This document shows, piece after piece, positions 34,671 through 47,100 of a stretch of DNA of 64,000 nt (its first letter is position 1; the number at the start of each line of letters is the position of its first letter). Below the pieces are notes generated by a model. The model ran no database searches. It worked only from the letters and a program-made list of their open reading frames with translations, and was not told where the DNA came from. The translations under genes and the position numbers were made by a program. The stretch covers positions 682,001 to 746,000 of the forward strand of contig NW_027590122.1 of NCBI RefSeq assembly GCF_964213995.1, given 5' to 3'. The stretch is from Mustelus asterias (lineage: Eukaryota).

Positions 34671-34964
34671 CTCAAACTTTGACTAGAATTATGAACTAAT
34701 CCTAATATTTCCTGATCAAAACCTACATCCACCTTTGTGATTCTGTTATTTCTATCATCTGAGATCCGTCATCTCTGTAGAAACTCATATCCCTGTCTCC
34801 ACCTCTATCAGATTAGAAAGAAAAAACATTCTGCTGTCCTTAAAATGACATATCATTCATTGGATTAACAGAGAAGAGCAAAGATTTTCTCCATTATTGC
34901 AACCACTATTTATTTCTCAAACAACAGCACTTTGTGATGAAGAAGTTGTCTCTTCATTCATATC

Positions 34965-35088
34965 ATCCACTCACCTGATGAAGGAGCTCCAAAAGCTCGC
35001 AATTCCAAATAAACCTGTTGGACTTTAACCTGGTGTGGTCAGACTCCTTACTGTGCCCATCCCCACCTAACGCCGGCATCTCCACATT
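34965..35088 (+). mobile_element. Penelope family 1 pLTR with a degenerate hammerhead
   Basis: CACCTGATGAAGGAGCTCCAAAAGCTC (stem II loop deleted, GAAA changed to AAAA), followed by aaataaacctgttggactttaacctggtg..cgccggcatctccaca. Confidence 0.8.
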
Positions 35089-35409
35089 GTAGTTTTGGAA
35101 ATTGCCTGTGTTCAAACTGACATATACCCCTTCCTCTCTCCAACTCACTGTCCCTCACTCCACAAAACGAAGATTAGTGACTTTGCTTCAAAAATACCTC
35201 CGTAATGAATACTTACTGAATGACCAGGAAACTCTAAATGTGATTATAAATTCAAATAATTGCAACATTGACTAATTGAAGGGTCATACATTAATAGCAA
35301 GAGTTGGCCATTCGGGCCCTGACGTCTCCTCCATCATTCACTGAGATTACAGATGATCTGATTGTGGTGCGAGCTCTATTTTGCACCTCCTCACTCCGCC
35401 TGTCGATCA

Positions 35410-36075
35410 CCCACTCCCTGCCCATTTTCCCCGACTCTCTGCCCTTTCCCCTGGCTCTTTGCCATTCCCTGTGGCTCTTTTCCCCTTTCACCCGGCTCTC
35501 CGCACTTCCACCTGGCTCTCTACACTTCCCTCCAGCTCTGTGCCCTCTCCCCCTGCTATCTGTCCTTTCCCTCAGCTCCCTACCCTTTCCCTCGGCTCTC
35601 TGCCCGGTGTCCCTGCTCCCTATCCACTTTGCCCTTTCCCCAGGCTCTCTGCCCTTTCCCCCTGACTCTCTGCCTTTCCCACTGACTCTCCGCCCTTTCC
35701 TCTGGGCTCTCTTGCCCTTTTCCTCAGCTCTCTGTCCTTTCCCCGGCCTCCCTGCCCTTTATCCTGGCTCTCTCCTCTTTCCCTGGTCTCTCTGCCCTTT
35801 CCCCCATCTCTCTGCCCTTTGTCCTGGTTCTCTGCCCTTTCACCTGGCTCCCTGCCCTTTCGATTGGCTCTCTGCCCTTTCTCCTGGCTCTCTGCCCTTT
35901 CTCCTGACTCTCTACTCTTTCCCCCGGCTCTCTGCCCTGTTGCCCGGCTGTGGGCCCATTCCCCAAGCTCTCTGCCCTTCCCCCCCGGCTCTCTGCCCTT
36001 TAGCACGCCTCCTGTTCTCCACGGCTCTTTGCCATTGTCCTTGGCCCTGAGCCCCCAGGGATTCCCCCCAGCTCT
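35410..36075. repeat. Degenerate ~20-bp pyrimidine/purine-asymmetric tandem repeat (ctggctctctgccctttccc)n
   Basis: About 30 imperfect units. The plus strand is C/T-rich and the minus (IgM sense) strand is G/A-rich. Confidence 0.9.
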
Positions 36076-36164
36076 CCACATTCGCAGGGCAGCTCCCACA
36101 TTTTAACACCAAACTGCCGCTTGAGATCTTTCTTCTCTCTCGTTGCAGACCTCCACACACAGGT

Positions 36165-37655
36165 TAGCGAGTGTGAGTGAGAGAATGTGAGTGCGTGAGG
36201 GTGAGTGATTGAAGGAGTGAGAGTGGATGAGTGATGGCGTGTGAGTGACGGAAGGTGGGTAAGTGAGGGTGAGTGAGTGAAGTTCTTTCAGTGAGGATGA
36301 GTGATTGAGGGTGAGTGAGTGAGTGTGGGTGAGGGTGAGAGAGCGTGAGTAAATGAGGGTGTGTGAGAGAGGGTGGGTGAGTGAAGGTGGCTGAATGTGT
36401 GAGTGAAGGTGGGTGAGTGAGTGTCGGTAAGAGAGAATGAATGAGGGTGAGTGAGTGAGGATGCGTGAAGGTTAGTGAAGGTGGGTGAGTGAGAGCGAGT
36501 GAATGAGGGTGAGGAGTGAATGTGACTTAGTAAGTGAGGGTGAGAGAGTGAGTGAGTCAGGGTGTGTTATTGAGGGTGGTGTGTGAGAGTGTGAGGGAGA
36601 ATGAATGCGGATGGGTGGATGAGTGAAGGTGAGTGAGTAAAGGTGTTTGAGGATGAGTGATTGAGGATCTGTGAGTTAGGGTGGGTGAACGTGAGTGATG
36701 GTGAATATGTGAGGGTGTGTGAGTGAATGTAGGTGCGTGAGTCTCAGTGAGTTTGAATGTTTGAGGTGGCGTATGTGAGAGAGAGAGGGTGATTGAGCTT
36801 GAGTGTGTGGGGGTGCGTCTGGGTGAGTGAGGGAGGATAAGTGCGGTGAGTGAGTGAGGGTGAGTGAGAGAGATTGAGACTGGGTGAGTGAGGGAGGGTA
36901 AGTGCGGTGAGTGAGAGTGATTGAGACTGGATGAGTGAAGGTGGGTAAGTGGGGTGAGTGAGAGTGAGTTAGACTGGATAAGTGAGGGTGGGTAAGTGGG
37001 CTGAGTGAGTGAGACTGGGTGAGTGAGGGTGGGTTAGTGGGATGAGTGAACGAAGATGACTATGAGTGTTGGTGAGTGACTGAGGCTCTGAGTGAGTGAC
37101 TGAGGGTTAGTGAGTGAAGTTGAGTGAGTGATAGCGTGTGAGTGTGGGTGACTGAGTGACAGTGAGTGAATGAGGATGAGTGAGTGAGGGTGTGCGAGGG
37201 CGAGTGAGTCTGAGTCAGTGAGTGAGTGCTGGTGAGTGAATGAGGGTGTGAATGTGAGTGAATGAGGGTGAGTGAGTGAGGATGGGTGAGAGTGAGAGAG
37301 CGAATGTGTGTGAGTGATTTTGAGTGAGTGAGGGTGTGAGGGTGAGTGACTCAGGGTGAATGAGGATCAATGAGTTTCTGAGGTTGAGTGCGTGAGATTC
37401 AGTGTGTGAAGTTGAGTGTATGAGATTGAGTGTGTGAAATTGAGTGTGTGAGGGTGGATGAGTGAGCAAGGGTGAGTGAGTTGGGATGAGTGAGTTGGGA
37501 TGAGTGAGTTGGGATTTGTGAGTGGGGATGAATGAGTGAGAGTGTGTCAGCGAGGGAAGGTGGATAAGTGAGGGTGAGTGAGTCAAGTTCTTTGAGTGAG
37601 GATGAGAGATTGAGGGTGAGTGAGTAAGTGTGGATGAGGGTGAGAGAGTCAGTGG
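36165..37655. repeat. (GAGT/GAGGGT)n degenerate simple repeat
   Basis: Visible gagtgagtgagggt tract of ~1.5 kb. Confidence 0.9.
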
Positions 37656-38206
37656 GCCACCTCCACCTCTTCCTCTCCATCGATCTTTTCCCGATTCTCC
37701 ACATTGATCAGCTTTCAGTAACAGGGATGTGTAAATCACCAGGCAGCTGCTTTAATGTCGGCGTCTTTCTTTAAGAAACACGTACCAGTGAACAAATAGT
37801 CAGGCTGAGGGAGCTGCAGGGAAGCTGACAGCAAAACTAGGATGGGTCGCACAGGAATCAAACACCAAGTTTACACCAGTATTGGGGAGCCAGGCGGCCT
37901 TGGTCTCAGCCAATTGCCTTCTTATTTTTTGGGTGTTTGTGTCCGGCTTAACACATGGAAATTCCTACTTCTGACCTCATGTTGGATGGAATGTCACTGT
38001 TGAAGCAGTAGAAGATTGTTGGTCCCAGAACACTCCCCTGCCGAAATCCTGCAGTGAAATCTGAACTTAGATGTTTGACCTCCAAACACCAATACCATGT
38101 TGCTTTGTGCTAAGTTTGACTCCAAACAGAGAAGAATTTCCCGCCGATTCTTATTGACTTGAGTTTACTCGGGCCCCTTGATCCCACCCTCATTCAAATG
38201 GTACCG

Positions 38207-38300
38207 TGGGGGGGGGGGGGGGGGGGGCGGTCGGGGGAGGGGGCGGTGGGGGAGGGGAGGGGGCGGTGGGGGAGGGGAGGGGGCGGTGGGGGGGGCGGGT
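38207..38300 (+). repeat. Poly-G and GGGGA/GGGGC tract (G-quadruplex-prone)
   Basis: About 20 consecutive G followed by many G4-G5 runs. Confidence 0.8.
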
Positions 38301-38613
38301 GGCACGGTGGCACAGTGATTAGCGCTGCTGCCTCAGAGTTGGATTCCCGACTTGGGTCACTGTCTGTGTGGAGTTTGCAAGTTCCCCCCGTGTCTGTTTG
38401 GGTTTCCTTCGGGTGCTCCTGTTTCCTCCCACAGTCCAAAGATGTGGGTTCGGTGGATTGGCCGTGCTAAAATTGCCCCTTAGTGTCAGGGAGACTAGTT
38501 AGGGTAAATACATGTGTTTATGGGGATAGGGCTTTGGTGGGATTGCTGTTGGTGCAGACTCGATGGGCTGAATGGCCTCCTTCTGCACTGTAGCATCCTA
38601 TGATTCTACTCTA
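38300..38613 (+). mobile_element. HE1-like SINE
   Basis: ggcacggtggcacagtgattagc head with standard body and tail. Confidence 0.88.
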
Positions 38614-38637
38614 TGGTGTCCAGGACAGACACTCTGA

Positions 38638-38797
38638 NNNNNNNNNNNNNNNNNNNNNNNNNNNNNNNNNNNNNNNNNNNNNNNNNNNNNNNNNNNNNNN
38701 NNNNNNNNNNNNNNNNNNNNNNNNNNNNNNNNNNNNNNNNNNNNNNNNNNNNNNNNNNNNNNNNNNNNNNNNNNNNNNNNNNNNNNNNNNNNNNNNN
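38638..38797. other. Assembly gap (160 N) inside the J-C intron
   Basis: Run of n. Confidence 1.
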
Positions 38798-38799
38798 TG

Positions 38800-40350
38800 A
38801 TAGAATGCGTTTGCACGTGGGTGAGACAGTGGGCTGCGCGTGCAAGAGGAGAGAGTGTGCGTGAGAGAAAGGGTGTGTGAGATAATGTGTGTGTGTGAGA
38901 CAGAATGTGTGTTTGAAGAGTTATTCTTTGTGTGTGACAGTGTGTCTCTTCTTGATAATGTATATGTGTGGAGGGGCGGGGAGAGTGTGTGTGGGGAGTC
39001 TGTGTGAAAGAGTACTTCTGTGTGTGATTGTGTGTATGTTGATGTGAAAGGGAGTGTGTCTATTTGAGATACACGATGTCTGTGAAAGAGAGTGTGTGTG
39101 CCTGAGAGGGAGGTTATGTGTGTGGGAGAGTGTTGTGTTCATGTGAAAGACAGTGTGTGTGAGAGGGAGTGCCTATTGGAAAGCAAAATAATATGTTCAT
39201 CAGTGTGTAAAACTGTGCATGGGATGGCGTGTGAGTGCGAAAGATGTGTACAATGTGTGTGGGTGATAGAAGCAATGTGGGGTGTTTGAGTGTGTGTGTG
39301 TGTGTGTGTGTGGAGGGGCGGGGAGAGTGTGTGTCAGCGAGAAAAAGTGTGAAACTTAGACAGAGTGGATGCGTGAGTGTGTGTGAGTGAAATGACTGTT
39401 GAGAGAACATGTGTCTGTGATAGGTGGAGTGTTTAAAGAGAGATACATTGTATATACATGTGTGTTCGTGTGTAAGAGACGGAGAGACTGTGTGCGAGAT
39501 TGTGTGCGTGTGAAAGAAAGGGTGTTTGTGAGAGACAGTGTTTGAGAGCAAGATTGTGCGTGTGTGAGATAATGTGTAAGGGAGTGAGCGTGTGAAAGAG
39601 AGAGAAATATGTACCTGTGTGAGAGAATGCGTGTGCAAGTGTCCGTATGAGAGAGAGAGAGAGCATGGGAATGTGTGTGAGATGAAGTGAGAGTGTACGG
39701 AAGAGGGAATGTGAGAGGGATAGTGCATGTGTGTGTGTGAGAGAGAGAATGTGTGCGCGAGACTGTGCTTATGTGAGAGACTGTGTCTGTGTGTAAGAGT
39801 GTGTGTTAGAGTGTGTTAGAGTGTGTGCATGTGTCTATGTTTGTGAGAGAGTGTTTGTGAGAGAGCAAGAATGTAGAGGTGTGAGACAGTGTGTGCAAGA
39901 GAGATAGAAATATGTGCGTGTCTGTGAGCGAGAGAGAGATGCGTGTGCAAGAGGAATTGTGAGAGAGCGTGTGAAGAAATGTGAGACAGTTTGAGCATGT
40001 GTGACAGAGAGTGGGGGAGAGAGTGTATGTGAGAGTGCGTGTGCGAGAGTGTGAGACTGCTTATGTGAGAGTGTGTGTCTGTGTATAAGAGAGAATGGAT
40101 GGGTGTGTGGGATGTGATTGCTTTTGTGTATGGGGGTGTGAGAGATTGATGGAGAGAGCGAGAGGATGTATGTATTTGTATTTGAGAGAATGCATGTGTA
40201 ACGTGAGAGAGAGAGATGTGTATGGGTGTGTGAGAGAGGTCGTATGAGAGAGAAAGTAAGTGTGAGTATGTATGTGTGCATGTGTGAGAGTATATGAGAG
40301 TGTGTATGTGTGTATTTATGTGTGTGAGAGTGTGTGTGACGTGTGAAAGT
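38800..40350. repeat. Degenerate (GT)/(GA) low-complexity tract
   Basis: Visible composition. The H/T/S/L-rich ORFs here are artefacts. Confidence 0.88.
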
Positions 40351-43300
40351 CTATATCTAGTTAATTCAGTTTGGAAATGCACCCTCACTCCAGACAAACT
40401 CACCCACTCTCACAGTAAATGGGAGTGACAAGTGAGCACAATACGGAGCGCGGGGCAGGGGTTGGAAAAACATTTAAATCTTTCACAATCAGTCGCAATT
40501 GAATAATTTCCGCTTTTCTCAATGAGCGAAAACTGTAAAAACTTTTAAAAATTGACACAATCCAGGGCAAAGCCACCCACAAGATTATGCGCCCCCTCAT
40601 TCACCCTATTCGCTCTCTCCATCACTGACAAGCAGTGTCAGCAGTTTGTATTATATACAAGATGCACTGCAGCAACTCACCAAGGCTCCATACAAAACAC
40701 TGTCCAAACCCGCTGCCTTTACATCCTAACAGGTCAAGGGCAGCAGCCACATAAACACGACCACCTGCAAGCTCCCCTCCAAGACACACACCATCCTGAC
40801 TTGAAACAGTATCTCAGTTCCTTCACAGTCGCTGGGTCAAAATCCTGGAATTTCCTGCCTAACAGCACGGCGGATGCCTGCAGCATATGGACTGCAGTTA
40901 TTCAAGAATGCTTCACATCAACACTTTCATCAAGGAACAATAAGGGAAGATTAAAAATTCTGGCCGAGCAAATGACTCTAAAATGTCTTTAGAAGATTAA
41001 AAATAAGATGCAAATGAATTTGACCCTTCAACTGTCATACTAAACAGGTCAGGGACTGCTATAGTACGGAGCACAATACAGTAAATCTCACTTTGCATTT
41101 GCTCATCGAACATTCCCAAGGCCGGTACATCAAAGCTTAAAAATCACCGAAATCTCCCTCTCCAGTCTGACGTTTCTGCTCTGCCTGATGGTCACAATAT
41201 GCTTTAGGGATCTCATTTCTGAGACTACAAGTCAAACATCAAGTCAAACTGTCATGTTTCTCACAGTTACAAGTTTATAAAGAAATAAATCAAATTTCAC
41301 TCCCTGAAATACAGCAGAAGAAACCAAAAGATTTACAACCAGTCAGGCAGATTCCTGGTCCCAGCACAGTGACCACGCGCACAGAAACAGAACAGACATA
41401 AACGGTGCAACAATCGAGTGCCCAGCAGATAGATCTGTTCAATCTGTCAATTTCATTGAAACTGTTGGATTCTAATTGAACAATGGTCAACTTACAACAA
41501 CAGAAAATCAATAACCTATGTTAAATTAAACTGATATTCATTTCACAACTCCTTTCGACTTTTAATTATTTCTCTGTCTCACTTCTCGAAAACTATGTAA
41601 AAATGTAATTTCGCTGAAAATGAGCAATCAAAAATAACAGGTTCAGGACAGTTCAATGTCCCTAACAGAGACGCAGTGACACAGTAAGAAGTAAACAAAT
41701 CAAGAAACATTTACATTAAAAATCATTATCTGATTCGAGTTAATTTCTTAACTAAATTAATGAACAAAATAATCAAGGCAAAACACTTTATCGAGCTGAG
41801 CATAGCTGAGTAAAGAAATGTTTTGTTTCTGAATTCATTTTCGATACAATTAAATATTCTCAAAACGGATTGTATTTTGCACGCCTGTACAGTATCCAAG
41901 TTCTTTTGTTTTAAATTAATCAGCACCAATATTATATTTTAAGTTATTGTTAATTGCCAGTTAGTTCACTTATCAGCTGATTTGAACTCTGTAATAAAAT
42001 GAGTTTTCAATCATTCAAAACGCGCTTCTACCTCCAGCATTGTTAAATAATTAGGTTACAATTAAATCTTATACAATGTTAAACAATAGTTTCAAATTAC
42101 TGAATGGAAACATTCAGAATCTGTCATTCATTTACTTAAATCCAATCACATTGTAATATTTTACTTTTCCACTTTTACTACAAATGTCGTATTATAACCT
42201 AGAAACGTGTTAAAAATGCATACTTCTGAATTTGTATAGGCTGTAACGGCCTGGCAGTTTGAAATCAATAATAATGCATTCTAGATTTAAAAAGTTAGAC
42301 CATCCATATAACTTAATTACTGAACACATTGTTTAATTAAAGAAAATCTGAATTAAACAGTGCAAACACAAAGAGGACAATTGATTCAAATCCTCTAAAG
42401 CACGATGCAGAATATAAGTCCAGACTTTTTCTTCATTATAATATTTAACAAGTATTAAACATAAGGTTCAGATATGATCAATTCTTCTATTCTGTCATTT
42501 ATTCTTCCCATAATTCTATCCTGAGTTCAGCAGTAATGGGAGACATGATGTTATTATTAAGTGCAGAGCTAATATTATTTTTGTAATATCAGAATATTTT
42601 TATATAAATTAATCTTTTTGAATTTCAAGCATTAACTTGTCCATCTCTAGCCAGTTTCTGTTGACACTTTACTACAATTCAAACACAATCATATGAACAA
42701 TTGCTTGAGTGTCAGCGAATTCCACCTGTCAGAAAACTCTGCTCGCTCTGTCAAATTTATACAAACTCCTTGATTCTAATTGATCAAAGGTCAAATTACA
42801 ACAACAAAAAAATCAATACATATTTTAAATTAACCTGATGTTCATTTCAAAACTCCCTTCGCCTTTTAACTATCTCTCTCTGTCTGTCTCAAATCCCGAA
42901 AACTGGGCAAAAATGTATTTTTTCTGAAAATGAGCACATCGAATATAAAAGATTCAGGGTAGTGTAATGTCCCTAACAGAGATACGGTGACACAGTAAGA
43001 ATTGTAATTCATGATTTATTTTAATCTGTAAGCATCAGTTAACATGAATAAAAGTCCTAACATCTAATTATTTTATTTTTCCGAAACCTGTTTACTTTAC
43101 CCCTACAAGAATTTTCAAACGCAGTTTTATTTTCATTTAGCCAGAAAACGTGTAACCGTTCAGTATCACTGAGTTGAACCAATACAGAAACAATTGAGAA
43201 ACACCAAACCATTTCACAAATTTTGAGATGAGATTAGTAATTAATTATCTCGGTATCCAATTACAACTTACTTGGAAGGAATAATCTGGTTGCGACTGCA

Positions 43301-45205
43301 CAGAAAAAAAATGTAGTATTCGGACACAAAAATAGGCAAAAAGCAACGTCTTATTCTGCAAAACTCGTATTCCAGTGAATGCGAACTTAATCTGGGATAT
43401 AACGACTAATGCAAAGTATCGTGTTCAGCTGAGAGCTGCTGTGGAAACAGCATGTTATCATTGAAATAATTTCTGGAATTGCCACAAAATATTTGCAATC
43501 TGGAAAATTTTCTGGTCATGTTAATTGTGTGAAAAGCACAACAGAACTATTAAAGGGGATTACTGCTAAATTATATCAATACAAAGTAATCTTTGATGAA
43601 TATGGAGTTATATTACCGATTAATAATTGTTTGATTTATATTAATTTTACTATTAAACTTGTTAATGAGAAGTTTGTGATTGCAGCAACGACGTAGTGTC
43701 CGAATGAGCGTTGTACGTCATGATTTATTTTAATTTGTAAGCGTTAGTTAAAATTTATAAAAATGCTGTAATATCTTTATTTTAGTTTTTTTCCAAAACC
43801 TGCTCGTTTTCTCCCTACAAGGATTTTCAAACTCAAAGATTGTTTGCATTCAACCAGAAAACGTCTAACCGCTCAGTGGCACCGAGTTTGAACAATGCAG
43901 AAACAATGCAGAAACACCAAACTATTTCACAAATTTTAAACATTCATAGTGACCAAACCACAGAATCTCCTCAACGGAAACACACCAAAACACATCAATG
44001 AGGGAATGAATCCGTTTCATGGAGAAACAGCTCAATTATCCATTGAACAGAATCAAATGTAACATTGCAAGAAAATCTCAATATCGAATCTAGCAAACCA
44101 GCTCTTAACCAATTGTTAAAGGAAACATAAATCTGGAATAATAACAATAGCATTGCGAGGAGATGGAATATGCCCAACAAATTAGTATTGAAACGTTATC
44201 ACATTTTATTCAGATTGGAATATATTTCAAACATATTTAAACATTTGGATGGTAAAAGCTCCAGCCATCAAATGCCACCGAGATTAAACATTGCAGGTAC
44301 CTCAGATTGTGAATGCCGTGACAAACTATGTTCTGAACGAGCGGCGTAAACCGTGGTTTAGTTTAACCTGCAGTTATCACTTAAAATTTAAAAAATACAA
44401 ACACACTAAAGCCTGTCTGATTTCTGCCTGCAGTCATGCGTCAAGCAATTGTAAACCCGCAGACTGTTCATATTCAATCACAAAGCGTGTAACAGCTGTG
44501 TCGCCGAGTTTAAACAATGCAGAAACACCAAACTATTTCACAAATTTTACTTACTTAAAGTCACCCAGATACATAATCTCCTCACCAGAAAAAACGCACC
44601 ACTGAGAGTCTGAACCCCGCTTCCTGCAGAAGCAGCTCAATTCTACAAACACTTTCAACAGAATCAAATGTAACATTGACAGAAATTTTTAATATAAATT
44701 CCAGCCAATCCACCCATCACCAAAGTAATTAATGTTTATAATAAGCAGAAATATTGCATAGCAGCACCAGCACTGCTAGTGAGTGGAACATGTTCACTGG
44801 ATTAATCTAGAAATTTTAGAACTTTAAAAAAATATTGGGTTAGATTTCAAACACTTGTGCAGTTGATGGTACAACCCGCAGCCACTAGATGTCACCGAGA
44901 TTAAACATGACCGACACGCTGAATTGTTTAACAGACGTCAGGCTTTTAAAGTAACCCAGCCACACAGTAGCCTCAAAAGATAAACACAAAATCACAATAA
45001 TTAGGGATTGAATCGCTCAGCAGCCTCTATTGTCAAGAAACAGCAGAATTCTAGAACCCCTTTGCAGCAGAATCACAGGAAACATTGTAAAAATTCTCAA
45101 TCCACCAAACCCACATTTAAGTAAACAAATGGATTATTCGAATAGACAAAAATATAAAACAAAGACACATGTAAACCAATTATTCAATAAGTGCATCGCT
45201 CTTAC

Positions 45206-45253
45206 CTGCAGTCACCGTCACCATGGTACCTTGTCCCCAGTAGTCGAAGTAGT
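45206..45253 (-). CDS. IGHJ: IgH joining segment JH
   Basis: YFDYWGQGTMVTVTA G|gtaaga, with the WGxG motif. Confidence 0.98.
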
Positions 45254-45292
45254 CACAGTGTCACATTCCCTGGGCTGTGTCGTACAATAACC
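45254..45292 (+). promoter_or_regulatory. JH recombination signal, 23-bp spacer
   Basis: CACAGTG (45254-45260), 23-nt spacer, ACAATAACC (45284-45292). Confidence 0.95.
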
Positions 45293-45619
45293 GTCCCTGC
45301 ACAAAATAGACACAAAACCACCATTATTTTAAATATTCACAAACCAGAGGAAAAGCAAAGTCAATTAATGTTCATTAAATTATAATTGTATTTCTGGATA
45401 CCATTCTCCATTTATAAATGACCCGAATGTTTTATATTTCACAGAGGAACACATGAACATGTTATTGATAAACACCAACCGATAATTGAGTAATTATCAC
45501 GTATTTTCCATGTTCATTCTTATCATGTGGTCAGTGCTGGACATAAATAATACTGTACTGTGATTAAAGTTGGAATTTACAAGTGACTCTGATCCAACCT
45601 CAATCAATTGGTGCTGAGG

Positions 45620-45687
45620 GGTTTTTGTATTGACAGTAACTGCTGTGCCACCCAGTTATCACAGTGAGACACAGCATGACAAATACT
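45620..45687 (-). other. Diversity segment D2 (45648-45659, ATAACTGGGTGG) with 12/12 RSS
   Basis: GGTTTTTGT-12-TGCTGTG [12-nt D] CACAGTG-12-ACAAATACT. Confidence 0.95.
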
Positions 45688-45997
45688 GCAGCAGACTGTT
45701 AACTGTATCATGCAGATGGTTAATTCCACTGCAATTTCAAAAGCCTGTTTCCATCTCGTTTGAGAGTGAGTCAGTGAGATATTTCAATTTTTACTGGTCA
45801 TGAGATTGATAAAGGGGATTAGAAACTTTGACACTCTCTGTGCACATTCAGCATGTAAAACAATAACAATAAATTTGAAGTATTTTATACCTTATAAAAA
45901 ACAATGCTGCTTCTACATATTATTTTGTTGGAATCCTCTCTTTGTTTAGCATTCGGCAGTGGCACTGATCACATATTTAAGCAAAGTCTTTCTCTGA

Positions 45998-46077
45998 GGT
46001 TTTTGTATGAGGATGTCGCTGTGCTCAGCACTGTGACCCACTGCTGTATCACAGTGACAGACACCCGTACAAAAACT
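45998..46077 (-). other. Diversity segment D1 (46036-46049, ATACAGCAGTGGGT) with 5' 12-RSS and 3' 22-RSS
   Basis: GGTTTTTGT-22-CACTGTG [14-nt D] CACAGTG-12-ACAAAAACT. This is the classic elasmobranch D1 arrangement. Confidence 0.96.
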
Positions 46078-46412
46078 GCACTTGCTCTGTTCAGTACTGC
46101 CGCTCAATATTCACTTCAAATGGACCATTTGTTCTGCTCTAATTTAAAATGTAGGCAACTGTTTATATAGCACGATCTTTCAGAAATATTAAAACGATAG
46201 TGCCCTACTTGCTGAAACGACAATAAATATAAAGTCAGTGAAAAGCTCACCCCGTTATATCGGTGACTTTGTTAAATTTTACTGTTAAATGCATTCTTTG
46301 TTACTTTTTAAACACGATTATGGTTTGGTTCTGACCACTGTCGATCATATTACATTTAAAACAGATACTGACCTTCAGGTTATGATGGAAGTTGCTGAAT
46401 TCCCTCTCGAGC

Positions 46413-46451
46413 TGTTCTTGTTCGGGTCCATCCCTGGTTCCTCTCGCTGTG
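46413..46451 (-). promoter_or_regulatory. VH recombination signal, 23-bp spacer
   Basis: Minus strand reads CACAGCG, 23 nt, ACAAGAACA. Confidence 0.92.
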
Positions 46452-46756
46452 GTCTCTTGCACAGTAATAGATGGCGGTATCTTCAGTCTTCAGGCTCGTC
46501 ATGTCCAAAGCGAAGATGCTGTTTGAAAGGTCTTTGGACGCAGTAAATCGGCCCTGAATCCCGGAGGCGTAATAGTTGCTTGATGAAGTATAGTAGCTAA
46601 CCAGCCACTCCAGGCCCTGCCCGGGAACCTGTCGGATCCAACCCGTGTAGTAGCCTCCAAGATCGAATCCGCTGGTTTTACAGGTCAGTTTCAGGGAGCC
46701 TCCGGGACGCCCGGTCTCTGCCTCTGGCTGAGTCAACACAACCTCCGACTGGACAC
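46452..46756 (-). CDS. IGHV: IgH variable segment VH exon, open frame
   Basis: tacag|(G)[73 protein letters not shown]. Both Cys and the Trp are conserved. Confidence 0.98.
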
Positions 46757-46887
46757 CTGTAAAAATAGATCAAGAAACCCGAGGATTAATCTTGGTGACA
46801 CGATTCTGACTCTGGACCATTCGAGAGATAGACTAACATTGAGACAGTAACAATGAGGGACTTGGACAATTAAAAAAGACTACTCAC

Positions 46888-46933
46888 CGGAGAAGAAAGT
46901 CAGCAACAAACTGAGAGAAATCGCCGACCTCAT
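46888..46933 (-). CDS. IGHV: VH leader exon
   Basis: MRSAISLSLLLTFFS G|gtgagt. 46 nt, hydrophobic signal peptide. Confidence 0.95.
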
Positions 46934-47014
46934 CCTTCTGGTAAATTGGGGGAAATGGTTGTGTCAGGAACTCAGTGAACAAACCACCTCCCGGACTGTT
47001 GGATTCCGGTCCGG

Positions 47015-47100
47015 TGAGCGTCATTTAAATACCCGGCAGAAGGGGGCGGCTTTCCAGGCGCCGCCTGTTGATTCCCTGCTGGAGGCGGCGACTGGGTCCA
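47015..47100 (-). promoter_or_regulatory. VH promoter: TATA box with adjacent CRE-like motif and GC-rich elements, no octamer
   Basis: Minus strand TATTTAAA (47024-47031) is directly followed by TGACGCTCA, ~90 nt upstream of the ATG. No ATGCAAAT nearby, consistent with known shark VH promoters. Confidence 0.65.

Noticed and set aside
37957-37965. NF-kB-like GGAAATTCC in the J-C intron
   Set aside because: It lies at the edge of a decayed minus-strand LINE RT fragment (RSEVGI.. region) and is explained by that fragment.
35304-40403. Long ORFs rich in L/P/S or H/T (35304-36050, 37215-37739, 39114-40403; also 28193-29711)
   Set aside because: Translations of low-complexity repeats with no domain signature.
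41008-41015. Octamer ATGCAAAT (also ATTTGCAT at 29911 and 56388) as Ig enhancer evidence
   Set aside because: About three hits are expected by chance in 64 kb at this base composition, and they do not cluster with other motifs.
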